The position numbers and the translations under genes were made by a program. A stretch of DNA of 64,000 nt from Felis catus. Lineage: Eukaryota. Positions 34,937 to 47,934 of this stretch are shown here, one piece after another. The stretch is from positions 20,586,001 through 20,650,000 of the forward strand of contig NC_058368.1 of NCBI RefSeq assembly GCF_018350175.1, written 5' to 3'. Under the pieces are notes generated by a model. The model was not told the DNA's origin and did no database searches. It was given only the letters and a program-made list of their open reading frames with translations. Each line of letters starts with the position of its first letter. Within the stretch, counting starts at the first letter, position 1.

Positions 34937-35232
34937 AAATATCCTTAATCCTTTAAGAACTTAATAAAAAGACTGTCCTTTAAAAGAGCTTATAACTTCT
35001 CTATTTTTAGCATAACCATGAAGAAAATTTACGAAAAAAATCATCTAGGTCTCAAGACAGAACAAATGAATGTTGTTAGTTCATAAATATCCCTAATTCT
35101 TTAAGAACTTAGTTAAATTAATAAAATGATTATCTTTTAAAAGTGCTTATATATTTTTTCTACGTTTTAGTGTAAATATGAAACACGCTAAAAAAAAAAA
35201 CCTATCAAGACCTCTAGACAAAACAAATGAAT
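34937..35232. repeat. Diverged ~150-bp tandem duplication (34937-35071 / 35085-35232)
   Basis: Colinear shared blocks AAATATCC.TAAT.CTTTAAGAACTTA, TTTAAAAG.GCTTATA, AGACA.AACAAATGAAT. Confidence 0.85.
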
Positions 35233-35247
35233 CCCATGTATTTCTTT

Positions 35248-35478
35248 TTTTATTAAAAATTTTTTTTTAATATTTATTAATTTTTGAGAGAGAGAGAGAG
35301 ACAGAGTGCAGAGTGTGAGTGGGGCAGGAGCCAAGGGAGAGGGAGACACAGAATCCCAAACAGCTCCAGGCTCTGAGCTGTCAGCACAGAGCCCGATGCC
35401 GGGCTCAAACTCATGGGCCATGAGATCATGACCTGAGCTGAAGTTGATGCTTAACCAACTGAGCCACCCAGGCGCCCC
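35248..35478 (-). mobile_element. Can-SINE
   Basis: TSD AATCCCATGTATTTCTT. Confidence 0.95.
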
Positions 35479-36063
35479 TAATCCCATGTATTTCTTATCA
35501 AGATCATGCCAAGAGGTGAAGAATTTGTAACCAAGTAAGTACCCCTTGTTCTGGAGTTGGGGAAAAAAAAAGAGACATTTTAAAAGTTTAACATTGATTT
35601 AAGATGTGAAAGAATTGCCCTACCCTGAAAGGCTGCAATATTTATTCCACAGCTTTGGCAATATTGACTGAACCGTGACAAGCCTATAATGAAACAGATT
35701 CTGTCATCTTTCTTGTAGACAGGAACCATGCAGACATGTTTCCATTTATTTAAAATGTAGCTTAAAATAAAAACAATATTAAGTATGAATAAGATTTGGT
35801 GCAATTCTTCTGGCTTTGGAGATAAACACTGAGATAGAAGAAAGCTTTCAAGTTGAGTTTATGTTCAAATTCCTCAAATATCAGTACAGATTGGGAGGAA
35901 GGGGGGATAGATTTGGGGACAAAAGGAAAAATAATATAGCTTTAAGTTTCTCACAACAGTGTGGTAAATAAATAAGCACAAATTAAGATAATGATTAAAA
36001 TAAGTGGCCAAATGTGTAGCCATCCCTTTTGTGAAGTGTTTGGTTATATTTTGTTTTGGAAGG

Positions 36064-36092
36064 GTTTTTTTTAATGCTTATTTATTTATTTT

Positions 36093-36141
<49 letters not shown>

Positions 36142-36271
36142 TCCCAAGCAGGCCCCATGCTGTCAGCTCAGAGCCTGACGTGGGGCTCGATCCTACAAAC
36201 CATGAGATCATGCATGACCTGAGCCCAAACCAAGAGATGGTCACTTAACCTACTGAGCCACCCTGGTGCCC
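36064..36271 (-). mobile_element. Can-SINE with expanded (GA)20 at 36099-36138
   Basis: TSD TTGTTTTGGA; microsatellite counted. Confidence 0.92.
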
Positions 36272-36469
36272 TTGTTTTGGAGTTTTTTGCTATTTATATG
36301 ATGTCAATCTATTTGAAGTCTCCTTTTGTTATTTCTAACATCAAATATGTCTTCTGTGAGCCATTTTATAAATGGCATCCATACTGCAATCATGTACAAA
36401 CCCAAAATGATATTTCTACCGTTTCTTCCAGAAATTATTTATTTATTTCACAATCTTCCAGCTTTTTAT

Positions 36470-36703
36470 TTTTTATGTACTTATTTATTTAAAAAAAATT
36501 TTTTCATCTTTATTTATTTTTGAGAGAGAGACAGAGCGTGAGCAGGGAAGGAGCAGAGAAAGAAGGACACATGGAATCCGAAGCAGGCTCCAGGCCCTGA
36601 GCTGTCAGCACAGAGCCCGACGGGGGGCTCAAACTCACGGATCGCGAGATCATGACCTGAGCCGAAGTCGGACCCTCAACCGACCGAGCTACCCAGGTGC
36701 CCC
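36470..36703 (-). mobile_element. Can-SINE
   Basis: TSD ATCTTCCAGCTTTTTA. Confidence 0.95.
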
Positions 36704-37429
36704 AGCCATCTTCCAGCTTTTTAAAAATGGAAACTACTTCATATATGATGCTCATAACACTAAGCAGATGAAGGTAACTTGTTTTGGAATAAGTACAAAA
36801 AGGCATTGGTGATTCCCTTAGATGCCAGGAGTAGTCCCTGCTTCTATGTTGGAAAGTTTGAGGTGAAAGATAAATGAAATGTACCAAGAACATAACCCTC
36901 CTACCTGGGTGGCAGAGCCAACTCCTTTATTCCCTGAACTGGGGACCTTTATTCCCTGACCTGGGTGGCTTCGGAACCAAAATTTCAGGGCCCATCACCT
37001 TGATCCGGTTACTTTTCTCCTTAAGTTTTAAGTTGTAAACCACGTGACACGGTAATTTATTTTCTGGCCTCCTTTACTATTTCATTTGCCATGTTGGATA
37101 AATAAGCGCGTTCAGCAGAGGCACATGTTTTGATGATTTTACCTAGATTAGCTGTATTAAATCTATAAATTATCACCAGAGGCTCATTTCTTATGCTATA
37201 CTCCTCTGGGATGGATTCTAAGAAGTTAGTGGAAGCTCTTGGTCTAATGGCTTATAGAACCAGATGTGGACTGAGCCTTATAAGGAGCAAATGTAAGTTA
37301 GAATGCCTGCTTTTTAAGAAGGGTTAGAAGTTTCTGATAAAATGCAGAAAATAACCTATGAATGCAAAATCCATCTGGTAATTTTGAATTTGATGCTTGG
37401 TCTCTCTTGATGTGGGCCCAATCTAAATT

Positions 37430-37700
37430 AATTCTACAATATTTATTGACACCTGCTATGTGCCAGACCCTGCTCTGGTTGTCAGTAAATACAAGGGACA
37501 AGGATACCTGCCTTCCTGAAGTTTACATCTAGTAGAGGGAGAAAGGCAAACAATACACATAATAAATAAATTCTATGGTACAACTGAGGGTGGCTGGTAC
37601 AACGGAGGAATGAAATCAGTAGGGAAAGGGGGGTTACGAGGAAAGAGTATGAGGAGGGTTGCAGTCCTGAATAAAGAAGTCACAGCAGGTAACACAAAGG
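37430..37700 (-). mobile_element. L2 3' fragment
   Basis: ATATTTATTGACACCTGCTATGTGCCAGACCCTG motif. Confidence 0.7.
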
Positions 37701-37708
37701 TAACATCT

Positions 37709-37930
37709 GGGGGCGCCCGGGTGGCTCCGTTGCTTAAGCGTCCAACTTCAGCTCAGGTCATGATCTCACGGTCTGTGGGTTCCAGCTCCGCCTTGGGCTC
37801 TATGTTGACAGCTCAGAACCTGGAGCCTGTTTCAGATTCTGTGTTTCCCACTCCCTCTCTCGCTCTCTGCCTCTCCCCAACTTGCGCTGTGTCTCTCTCT
37901 CTCTCTCTCAAAAATAAATAAACACGAAAA
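37709..37930 (+). mobile_element. Can-SINE
   Basis: Head GGGGGCGCCCGGGTGGCTCC, (CT)n, AAAATAAATAAA. Confidence 0.93.
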
Positions 37931-37934
37931 AACT

Positions 37935-38162
37935 ATTTTCACTGTCACCCACAGTAAGAAATACATTCTACAGTATGACCCAGCAGTCACAGGACAGACA
38001 CACAACTGAAATTTTTCCCAAACCAATACTTACTTGCATCATGTTCAATGGACTCTAATTCTAGTCTATTAGGTTTCTGTTCTTTATTCAACCCTGATTA
38101 CACTGACTAAATTAATTTCACACCCTAGTAATAGGTTGTGATCTGCCGTTGAAAAAGCATGG
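37935..38162. mobile_element. hAT-Charlie fossil (MER119-like)
   Basis: ACCCACAGTAAGAAATACATT...ACTAAATTAATTTCACACCC...TTGAAAAAGCA resembles recalled consensus. Confidence 0.5.
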
Positions 38163-38789
38163 CTATCAGTAATGTGCTCATTTTAGCTACATCCTAACAC
38201 ATGGATGACGTCATCGACATCATCAACTCTGAGCATGCCAGACACCACACAGGACCTAATGACTTTGACCGGGAACTACCATTAGCTCATTAATCAAAAT
38301 CCAATGTATATATACGATATTCTGCTTTCATGACAGCTGTCATTATATAAAAATACTGCGTGGGCTGGATCACTACTAGGAGATGTAAAACATATGAAAT
38401 TTGGGCACATCATTTTTGACAGGCAGCCAATATTCGTGGTAGTTGGCTAAAGAGATTTGACTTCAAATAAACAAATGTTTAGTGTTTCCATAAAAGCATA
38501 GATGTAACCCTAATTAGTAAATTTGCTAATAGATTTCTGTTCATTATCTCCAGACCAGTCTTTAGATGTATTTGTTTTTAGATAATACAAATTTTAGAAC
38601 TGTATCTCAAAATGTTTTGACGGATTCTCAACATGTTTGAGAGCAGCTTCTTTTTATGAGCTTATAAGCACTGGTACTTTTCTGAACTGTTAAATTGCTC
38701 TGTCAAAACTCAAAATTTGTTTTAAATCGGGGCTATAGTTTTAAATATTTTTTTTCCGCTGCAAAAAAAGTTCTTACATTTGCCATTGG

Positions 38790-39151
38790 ATAGGTTCCAG
38801 TTTATTTGTTTGTGACTTAGTTATTTTACAATTGGAAGTTTGTACCCCTTAACCCCCTTCACCTATTTCACACATCCTCTCACCCATTTGCCCTCTGGCA
38901 ACCATCAGTTTGTTCTGTGTAGTTGAGTCTGTGTTTTGTTTGTTTGTTCATTCGCTTTATTAGATTCCACATATAAGTGAAATCATATGATATTTATCTT
39001 TCTCTGTGTGACTGATTTCACCAAGCATAATACTATCTAGGTCCATCCATGTTGTCACAAATGGCAAGATTTCATTCTTTTTGATGGCTGAGTAATATTC
39101 CATCACACACACATATACATATATACACACACATATATATGTGCATATATA

Positions 39152-39182
<31 letters not shown>

Positions 39183-39960
39183 GACATCTTCTTTATTCAT
39201 CATCATATCTCAGGTATTGTAAATGATGCTTTAGAGGTGAATGTATCCTTTCAAATCAGAGTTTCTGTTTTCTTTGGGTAAGTATCCAGCAGTGAATTAC
39301 TGGATCATATGGCATTTTTATTTTTAATTTTTTGAGGAAACTCCATATTGTTTTCCATAGGAGTTAACACTGATTTACGTTCCCACCAACAGTGCACAAG
39401 GGTTCCCTTTTCTCCACAACCTTGTCAATACTTGTTATTTCTTGTCTTCTTGATACTGACCATTCTGACTGGTGTGAGAGGATTTACCTCATTATGGTTT
39501 CGATTCACATTTTCCTGATGTTGAGGGATATAGAGCATCTTCTCATGGGTCTGTGGCCACCTGTATGTCTTCTTTGGAGCAACATCTATTCAGGTTCTCT
39601 AATCAGTTTTAAATGGATTATTTATTTTATTTATTTAATTGTTTGGCATTGAGTTGTGTAGGTTCTTTAAATATTTTGGATGTTAACCCCTTATTGGATA
39701 CATCATTTGCAAATATCTTCTCTTAATCAATAGGTTGCCTTTTTATTGGTTTCCCTTGCTATGCAAAAAAAAATTAAATAAATAAATAAAAGAAAAAACT
39801 TTATTTCGCTGTAGTCCCAACAGTTTATTCGTACTTTTGTTTCTCTTGCCTGAGGAGACATACGCATAAATATGTTGCTGAGGCCAATGTACAAGAGATT
39901 CCTGCTTATGTTTTCTTTTGGAAGTTTCATGGTTTCACGTCTCACATTTAGGTTTTTAGG
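38790..39960 (-). mobile_element. L1 3' portion (carnivore/L1MA-like)
   Basis: Remnant MEYYSAIKKNEILPFVTTWMDLDSIMLGEISHTEKDKYHMISLICGI; antisense 3' UTR. Confidence 0.9.
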
Positions 39961-40024
39961 TTCAAGTTTGACAGTAAACTGGAATCGTCCTCTGAACCAC
40001 TGAGCACTCTGTGCTTTCTGTTAA

Positions 40025-40170
40025 GATAGCCACTAACCGCTTGTGACTTTTGAGCACTTGAAATGTGGATTGTACGACTGAGAAGCTGAAATTTTAATTT
40101 CGTTTATTCTTAATGAATCTAAATCTGAGTAGCCATGCCGGGCTAATGGCTGCCATATTGGATAGAGCCG
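40025..40170. mobile_element. MER3 (hAT-Charlie)
   Basis: TAGCCACTA...TTGAGCACTTGAAATGTGG...GACTGAG...GGCTGCCATATTGGATAG. Confidence 0.85.
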
Positions 40171-40179
40171 CTTTACAAA

Positions 40180-40990
40180 GAAAAGCTGAACAAGTCATTT
40201 CCCTACTTAAACCACACCAGTGGCTTCCAATGATGATTCAAACAAAATTCGAAGTCCTCAGTTTGATATTCAGGGCCAAGAGGAGCTGAGCTGCCCACTA
40301 CTTTCCTCCTGTAATGCCAGGGTTCCTTGGTCTTCTTTCTGTTCCTGCCACATGCCATGCTCCCTTCACCCTCAAGGACCTGACACAGGTTGCTCCTTCC
40401 GACAGGAACGTTCTCTCCACCCCCACCCAACACGCCTCTCACGTCCTCCGTTTCTTTGGCCAGAGCCTATTCATTTCTTAGGTCTCTTTCTATTATGGGT
40501 TCACTTACCCATTCGTTCAGCAAATATTTTTTAGAGTTCCAACTGCGAGCCAAGCATCATGCTAGCAAGTGACAGCAAAGACAACAGAACACGATAAAAC
40601 AGGCCCTTTGTCTTTGTGGAGCTTACAGTCTAGTTAGGATGGTGGACTTTTTAGAATAAATAATCTCAATAATAGTAAATTGTGATAAGCTTCTTACATC
40701 TGGGCTCTGAACCAAACCAGATAATCAGGGCAGGTAGGGAGAGGATTCTCAGAGGATATGACATTTTCAATGAAGTTCTGAAGGAAAAGAAGCCACATTA
40801 CGTGAGGACTGAGAAGAAGGGCACTGGAGAGCACTTATTACAGTGGTAGTGAAAGCTTGGCCCTGTGATTACATATTTATTTAATGTCTGTAAGCTCCAT
40901 GAGGCAGGGGCTCTGTCTATCTTGTCTTATTTTCCCACAGCAAGACCTGGCATGTAATTAATGCTCAGTAAATGCTTGTTAATGGATGGG
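40180..40990. mobile_element. L2 fragments in both orientations
   Basis: Plus L2 pieces (CTGTAAGCTCCATGAGGCAGGG) flanking a minus L2 3' end (GGAGCTTACAGTCTAG). Confidence 0.65.
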
Positions 40991-41073
40991 GAAGTAAATT
41001 TTTTAAAGTCTAAAAAAACCCAAAATAGTTGCTTGAGAATAATTACAAAAAGAAAAAATCATTAGTGATTATT

Positions 41074-41295
41074 TTTTTTTTAATTTTTTTTTCAACGTTT
41101 ATTTATTTTTGGGACAGCGAGAGACAGAGCATGAACGGGGGAGGGGCAGAGAGAGAGGGAGACACAGAATCGGAAACAGGCTCCAGGCTCTGAGCCATCA
41201 GCCCAGAGCCCGACGCGGGGCTCGAACTCACGGACCGCGAGATCGTGACCTGGCTGAAGTCGGACGCTTAACCGACTGCGCCACCCAGGCGCCCC
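41074..41295 (-). mobile_element. Young felid SINE (SINEC_Fc-type)
   Basis: TSD CATTAGTGATTATT. Confidence 0.96.
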
Positions 41296-41498
41296 TCATT
41301 AGTGATTATTAATTGTGATTCACTTTGGATTAAACAGACAATTTTATCCAAAGATTTTGAGCCTTTAAAGCACAAAGTACAAAATGATTTCTCAAGAATG
41401 AAGAATTTGTTGATAGCACACAAATTTTTAGAATGTCTTTTTTCCCCCAAGATTTTACTGTATTTTATTATTATTTTTTTAAAGTATAATTTGTTGTT

Positions 41499-41664
41499 GG
41501 GGCGCCTGGGTGGCTCAGGTGGTTAAACGTCTGACTTCAGCTCTGGTCATGATCTCGCGGTTCGTGAGTTCGAGCCCCCCGTCGGGCTCCGTGCTGACAG
41601 CTCAGAGCCTGGAGCCTGCTTTGAATTCTGTGTCTCCCTCTCTCTCTGCTCCAACCTCGCTCAT

Positions 41665-41706
<42 letters not shown>

Positions 41707-41750
41707 TCAAAAATAAATAACAAACATTTTTTAAAAATTAAAAAAAAAAA
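41499..41750 (+). mobile_element. Can-SINE with long (CT)n
   Basis: Head, (CT)n at ~41667-41704, A tail. Confidence 0.94.
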
Positions 41751-42972
41751 CAAAACTGAGACCAGATATAAAACACTATACCACATCCTTAATTTGTAAA
41801 GAAGACAGGCTGGTAAATAACATTTAAAGAAATCAGTTATATGATGTGGACATGCTTTTCAGCAAAGAAAGTCCTGGTCCCTGTTTCCACTTAGGGTTGG
41901 GATAAAGGCAAAAGACTTGAGTTGCAGCCAAAGAGATTTAGATTAGACATTAGAAATAACTACATATCTCTGCAAGACATTCAAGATTGCCTGGGGATTT
42001 GGAGAACAAGAGCTTTGCTGAAATAGCCGAGATCCTAGCCTACTTGGAACTAGAAAGGATTATCAATGTCATAGGTGTCCTTTGAAATTTGAGATTTGGT
42101 CTGTGAACTCTCCAGGTATGAAGATCTCAACAGATCTCAGAATCTACAGCAAGGCAGGAAGAACGCCGAGGAAGAGAACAAGAAACTTGGTCCTCAGCCC
42201 TTATAAGAGCCTGTACTAATTAATGACAAGCTGCCATACACCAACGGACTAGTGGTGACCAGGGCTCTGGGGAACCCGTGATGCAGGGTAAGGTGTGGTT
42301 TCATCCGTACTCCAGGTTATTTCTACTCACCCATCAATAAGCATTTGTAGAGGAGCGTTAGAAATCCATACTGTGCAAAGTGCTCTGCAGAATGAATATA
42401 GGAAGAGTAACATTACTGCTTATCCTTAAAAGTGTACACTCAACTTAGGAAGGACTCGTATGTTTGAAATAATTAGAAAAACAACACACTGACTGAGAAT
42501 CAACGGCAAGCACTTCTGAACGCAAGGAAAGATTATGGGCTGGGCTCACTGTCACTGAGGAGGGGTTTATGATGAGTCCCTATGGGATGGATGGAGCTTG
42601 AACAATCACAGGAGATTTGAGGGCATTTCAGATGTCAGCTAAATGTGGGCTCAGACCTGAGGGAGGAATATTCATGAGTATCAGAGAATGTTGTTCATGG
42701 AGGCTTCTGGCTATAGTGCAGATGCTTCAGAGGACATGGGAGGTGATGAAGTGAGATGGTTGATTAGTGGTGTGTGGTCACGGAATGCTTTGGAAACCAG
42801 CCAGAGAATTCTAGAATTAAGGATGGAAGGGGAAAGGAGCCTGTGTGTGTTCTTGAGTCGGGCAGGGATGTACTGAAAAGCGTGTGTCCAGGATTTATTT
42901 GACAGCAATTTTCACAGTTAAATATTTCATATGGATTAGGTACAACATAAAAGGTCTGCATGTTTTTCTGCA

Positions 42973-43013
42973 TTTTTTTAATGTTTACTTATTTCAGAGA
43001 GAGAGAGATATCT

Positions 43014-43045
<32 letters not shown>

Positions 43046-43215
43046 ACAGTTGGGAGATGGTCAGAGAGAGAGGGAGACACAGAATCCGAAGCAGGCTCCA
43101 GGCTCTGAGCTGTCAGCACAGAGCCCGACATGGGGCTCGAACCCACGAATTGGGAGATCATGACCGGAGCCAAAGTTGGAAGTTTAACCAGGGGACTGAG
43201 CCACCCAGGTGCCCC
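42973..43215 (-). mobile_element. Can-SINE
   Basis: Head and (GA)n on plus strand. Confidence 0.92.
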
Positions 43216-44125
43216 TCTGCTTCTTTTTTATGTTAAAACTTGGGATTTTTGTTATTGTTAAATGACTACTCTTAATTATTTTAGAACACACTGAAGGAAA
43301 GAAGCCTAGGTATGATTGAATAACCTTCTTATCATTCAGATTAGTCTGAGCTTTAACCTGGAGCTTAAAACTCTTTTCCTGACAGTATTTCTTTAAATTT
43401 TCATTGCATCCGAGGACAATTTCTTGGAAAGTAGCAGTAACAGTTTTAACACGGCAGAGCCATGAAAAATTCAGACTTCCTAAAATATAGAATCTCAACA
43501 GTTTTACTTCAGATCCCCAAAAAATGCTTGTAGAATGCTCATCTGCTACTGGAAAAGGGCACGAGGGTTATGCTCGAAGGTTCAGGATTGCAGAGCAGCA
43601 GGCTGAGCACTGAGTGGAGAGCAGGAAATGTGGGCTCTGTCCTACCTCTGTGCCTCCTCAGTGTTTCCGGACTCAAGTCAGGTCAAGTCACTTCTCCAGT
43701 CTAGGTTTTATCTAAAACGAAGGGGAATTAAGTCTGATAAATGAAAACAAAACAAAACAACATTTTTCAGTTCAAACTTGATATGAAAATACATTAAATA
43801 TATTTATTTATGTACCTGGGGTTCTAGCTTGAGTTTAACCTGGCATATTCTAGGGTATCACTGGACATATCTGACAGGTGGGCAGAAGAGGTCTAGTTGC
43901 ATGAGGAAGTCTCTTGGGAAAAGAACTCAGTCCTAGAGAGTCACGCACACACACGGTTCACAATCAGTTCTCCAACACTGGAGAATGGAGACAATATGCC
44001 GTGCATTGTCTGCTATTTAGAGCCTCTTTGATCCAGCACTTATGGACTCGTGGTTGAATTCTAGGAAAACTTCTGAGATATTGGTGTACAAATTGCTCAG
44101 AAGACCACTTAAATCAGTGGAGTAG

Positions 44126-44346
44126 TTTTTTCTTTTTTTTTTTTTTAAGTTTATTTATTTATTTTGAGAGAGAGTGCGCACACAAGTAAGGGAGGGGCAG
44201 ATAAAGAAGGAGAGAGAGAGAATCCAAGCAGGCTCTGCACTGTTGGTGCAGAGCCCAACACGGGGCTTGAACTCACAAACCATGAGATCATGACCTGAGC
44301 TGAAACTGAGTCAGATACTTAACCAACTGAGCCACCCCGGTGCCCC
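44126..44346 (-). mobile_element. Can-SINE
   Basis: Poly-T, (GA)n, head on minus strand. Confidence 0.92.
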
Positions 44347-47300
44347 AAGTATTTTCGACTGTGAGGAATCAAACTACCTGACTCCACCTGGCATAAATAA
44401 CCAGAATACTTATTTCTATACCCAGATCCTGAAGGTAGAGAAGCCTTAGTCTCCTCCTAAGACTGGTTCTGTTTCTAGTCCCCGTTTGGCTGCCAGTGGC
44501 AATGCAAGCTACTTGCTTCCTGGTCTATCTGAGGCATGAAATACCTCATGCCTATCTCATCTCAGATTATGTGCCCAACGCAGTGCCTGGGAGACGGCCA
44601 TTGCCATGAACTTGAACTAATCAGGTTCTATTGTTGATGATCCAGGTGGCGGTCAAAGCCCCCAGCAATGTGTGGAAGAGGGTAGGTTTCTGAAAAGCAC
44701 TTTTGTACTGTAAGGTACCAATGAATATTCTGCAGGCAATGAACATCTCCCTAGACTCTTACCTAGCATCTGGAGAGGTGGGGAGAAGATAGCATCTCCA
44801 AGTGGTTGAAAACACTTACCTTGAGGGCACCAGAACACAGGGGGTGTTGCCTGCCAAGGAGGTTGTCTGTGATAGTTTTCCAAGAGTTGAAAGGACACGG
44901 TTTCCTCAAACCAATAGGCTGTCCAAAATGTAGCTTTGGTAATTCTGACAGTTCATGGTCTTTAATACGAAGTTTCTCATTTGCTGCTACTGATTTGGGC
45001 AGAAATCACATGTTTCATGCAGCTGGAAGGAAGTTGCCTAAGAGAAGGTATCCAATGTGTGTGAGGAATGGAGGCTATTAAATATATAGATGGTGAACCT
45101 GCTGGCTGGGATTTGGAATAAGTGAAAATTCAAGAAATGAATTTGGACAGACCCCTGGGGATTTAGCTAAAGCAGAGAAGGGAAGATATCTTTTTTTAAT
45201 GGTTTTTCCTTGATTCACGGTCTAATTATGCTTTAAATCATGAATTCAGCCTATTTCTTGGTAGGTGGGGTTGACGAACCGCAGAAATTCTAGCTCAGCT
45301 TTACCTCTGCTCATGGCATCATTTTAACGTTAAGGCCAATTGATACATGCCTCTTTTCTTCAGCAATAAGACCTCATTCAGTGCATCTACTTTGCATGTA
45401 AACAGGGAGCTTGGTTGCGGCCTAACTGAATTTCTATGCACATAAGTGTGGTTTCCTGATAAAGAAAATGAAATCCTGTCTCCACGTTATTATGAGTCTA
45501 ACATGCATGCTGGCTTTTTTTTTTTTTTTTTTTTTTAACTGTATATCTGACTCACACTGAAAAATCCTATTTCTTCTCCAAAGGAAAAAAAAAAAAGTTA
45601 AATTTATGTTACATGCCTGTAAGGCATTTTAAAGTTAATCGGGCCCTTTGGGTCTAATTTAATTTGTGTAAGATTGCTGTTGATGATTAGAATAGCTATT
45701 TAAGATTTTTGTTAACAGTCTGTTATGTGGACTTAATGGAAACACTCCAAAAGCAGTCTGTTCACTTTCCCCTGTCAAATTCAGGTTACAGAGCCTTCAC
45801 AGATGTTGTAAGTAGACATCGATATGAAAAGGGAATAGAGCACAAATTAAAATCATAAGTGTACTCAAACAGCCAACGTTGAGCTTTGGTTAAAAACATC
45901 TGTCACATAAAAGCAAACATTCAGAGCTATTGCGTCTTGTAACAATTGTCTTTATTTTTCATATCTTTGGCATTTTCATCATTTCGTGTTACTGCTCCCT
46001 TCGGAATTTTTCTTACGAACGATTGCTTTTTTAACATCACTGAGTTCTCTACACAAACAGCATTTTATAAGGCTTTGGTACCAACATTATAAAGTGAAAG
46101 AATCCCAAGCATAGCTGAGGTTGTCATGGTCCCGTAGAATTGGAAAACTGACTACTGCAGGGCACTAGGAGGGAGGGAATGTATTTAACTCATTCAGGCA
46201 GGTCCATATTAACTCACACGAGTTCTTTGATTTCTTCTACAAGGCTATTTTTCATCATTTAAAATTTTAGTTGACCATCCTTACGACATAAAACGACCAT
46301 GGGAAACGCTCTGGTCCAGTTCTGCCTTCTCTGTAATCAAGGAGACTTCAGGATGCTCTAGTCTCCATCTCCCGTTGTTATAATCAGATAATTCTTTTTC
46401 CAGATTGAAAATCTGGTTTCTCTGATTACTTTGTTCCAAAGCTTTTAAATTTGTGTTCCTCTCTTCCGTTTTAATTTTCTGTTTTCCAGGCTCTGCATTT
46501 CAAACCACACCCTGTGGTTCATCTTCCCTTTCTTGCTTTTCTCCTCCATCACCTCCATTTCTCTTCCGCTCTTTGACTCATGTTCCTTTTACAGAGGGAA
46601 AGGTTTCTCAGAGAAAATGAGATTTCCCAGAGAAAATGAGCTGCAGCCAAGTGCCCACACAGCAGAGCAGGAGCAAGGAGACAACGGGCACCATCCCAGC
46701 GCTATGTTGCACTGCCCAGGGACCCCCCCCCCCCACCTTGTTTCCTGTGTGGCAGTGAGGACGAGACTGTGCACAGCAGCACAGATGCCCACAACTGTAG
46801 GCCAATATTTTGACAATAATGAGATCACTCATTGAGTGGGAAGTGGTTGGACCAAAAGGCTGGCCTTTATTTATTCTTGATTTTACCCTGAAGGGTGATA
46901 GGTTATGATACTGTAATTTCTACATTGAAATCAATCAGGTGACTGAAGATTTAAACTTATGTGGAAAGCATTATCTTGATAGGCATTTGGCTGGAGGTTT
47001 GCCAGAAAGTACTCTTCTCTTACAATGCCTTTAAAAAGTGTATTAATTCATAAAAGGGGAACATATGATTTAGATTAACCCTATTCCCTAATTTGAGGGA
47101 AAAATCTCTATTTTATCTTGCTTTTGGTAATGGATAACTGACATTAAGAAAAGGGACTGAAAAACCTAGTAGAAAAGGTTGTGGATCATGCCCCAACCTA
47201 CTCTCCTCCTGATCACCCCAGGCTGGTCGCCATGCCCTCCTTCTTTAGGCTGTCATTTGCACCCTCCAGGAGGTTATATCCTCTCTCACTTCCCGTTCAC

Positions 47301-47628
47301 TCTAAACAAAATCCCTTATATGCTAACATATTCAATGCCATGAATAGTAAGGCTAAAATACGAAGACCCAGCAATCACATTTCCCCCCATAACTAATTGT
47401 GTAATTGTACAGTTTGGTCAAACCTTTATATTTCCCCCCCACCTATATTTTTAAAGATTTTTTTAAACTGCTCTTTTGTTTCTACACCCCTGACAGTAAT
47501 GATAAAAATACCTTGCCTCCCCTATTCCTATATGTCTGTCATAGTAGTAATACTCTTGATTAAAAGAGGGCATCAGTGGAATTCAAGGAGAAAGATAAGG
47601 CAGCCTTCCCATATGTACTTGTAATATG

Positions 47629-47631
<3 letters not shown>

Positions 47632-47678
<47 letters not shown>

Positions 47679-47816
47679 TGACAGTCGGGGAGAGGGGCAG
47701 AGGGAGAGAGAGAGGATCCTAAGCCCCAATGCAGGGCTTGATCCCATAACCCTGGGATCGTGACCTGAGCTGAAATTAAGTCGAATGCTCAACCAACTGA
47801 GCCACCCAGGCACCCC
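47632..47816 (-). mobile_element. Can-SINE with (AT)22 microsatellite (47632-47675) on its tail side
   Basis: SINE head ends at 47816; dinucleotide run counted. Confidence 0.88.
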
Positions 47817-47934
47817 AGTGCAGGCTATCTTTAAAGGCTCAGGCCACCCTTCTGCACCCTTTACCAGCTGTGACTCCATCTTAGGAACTGTGTTCTCTTC
47901 TCCGTTGCAGACCATCTTCATGCAGAACCTTCGT

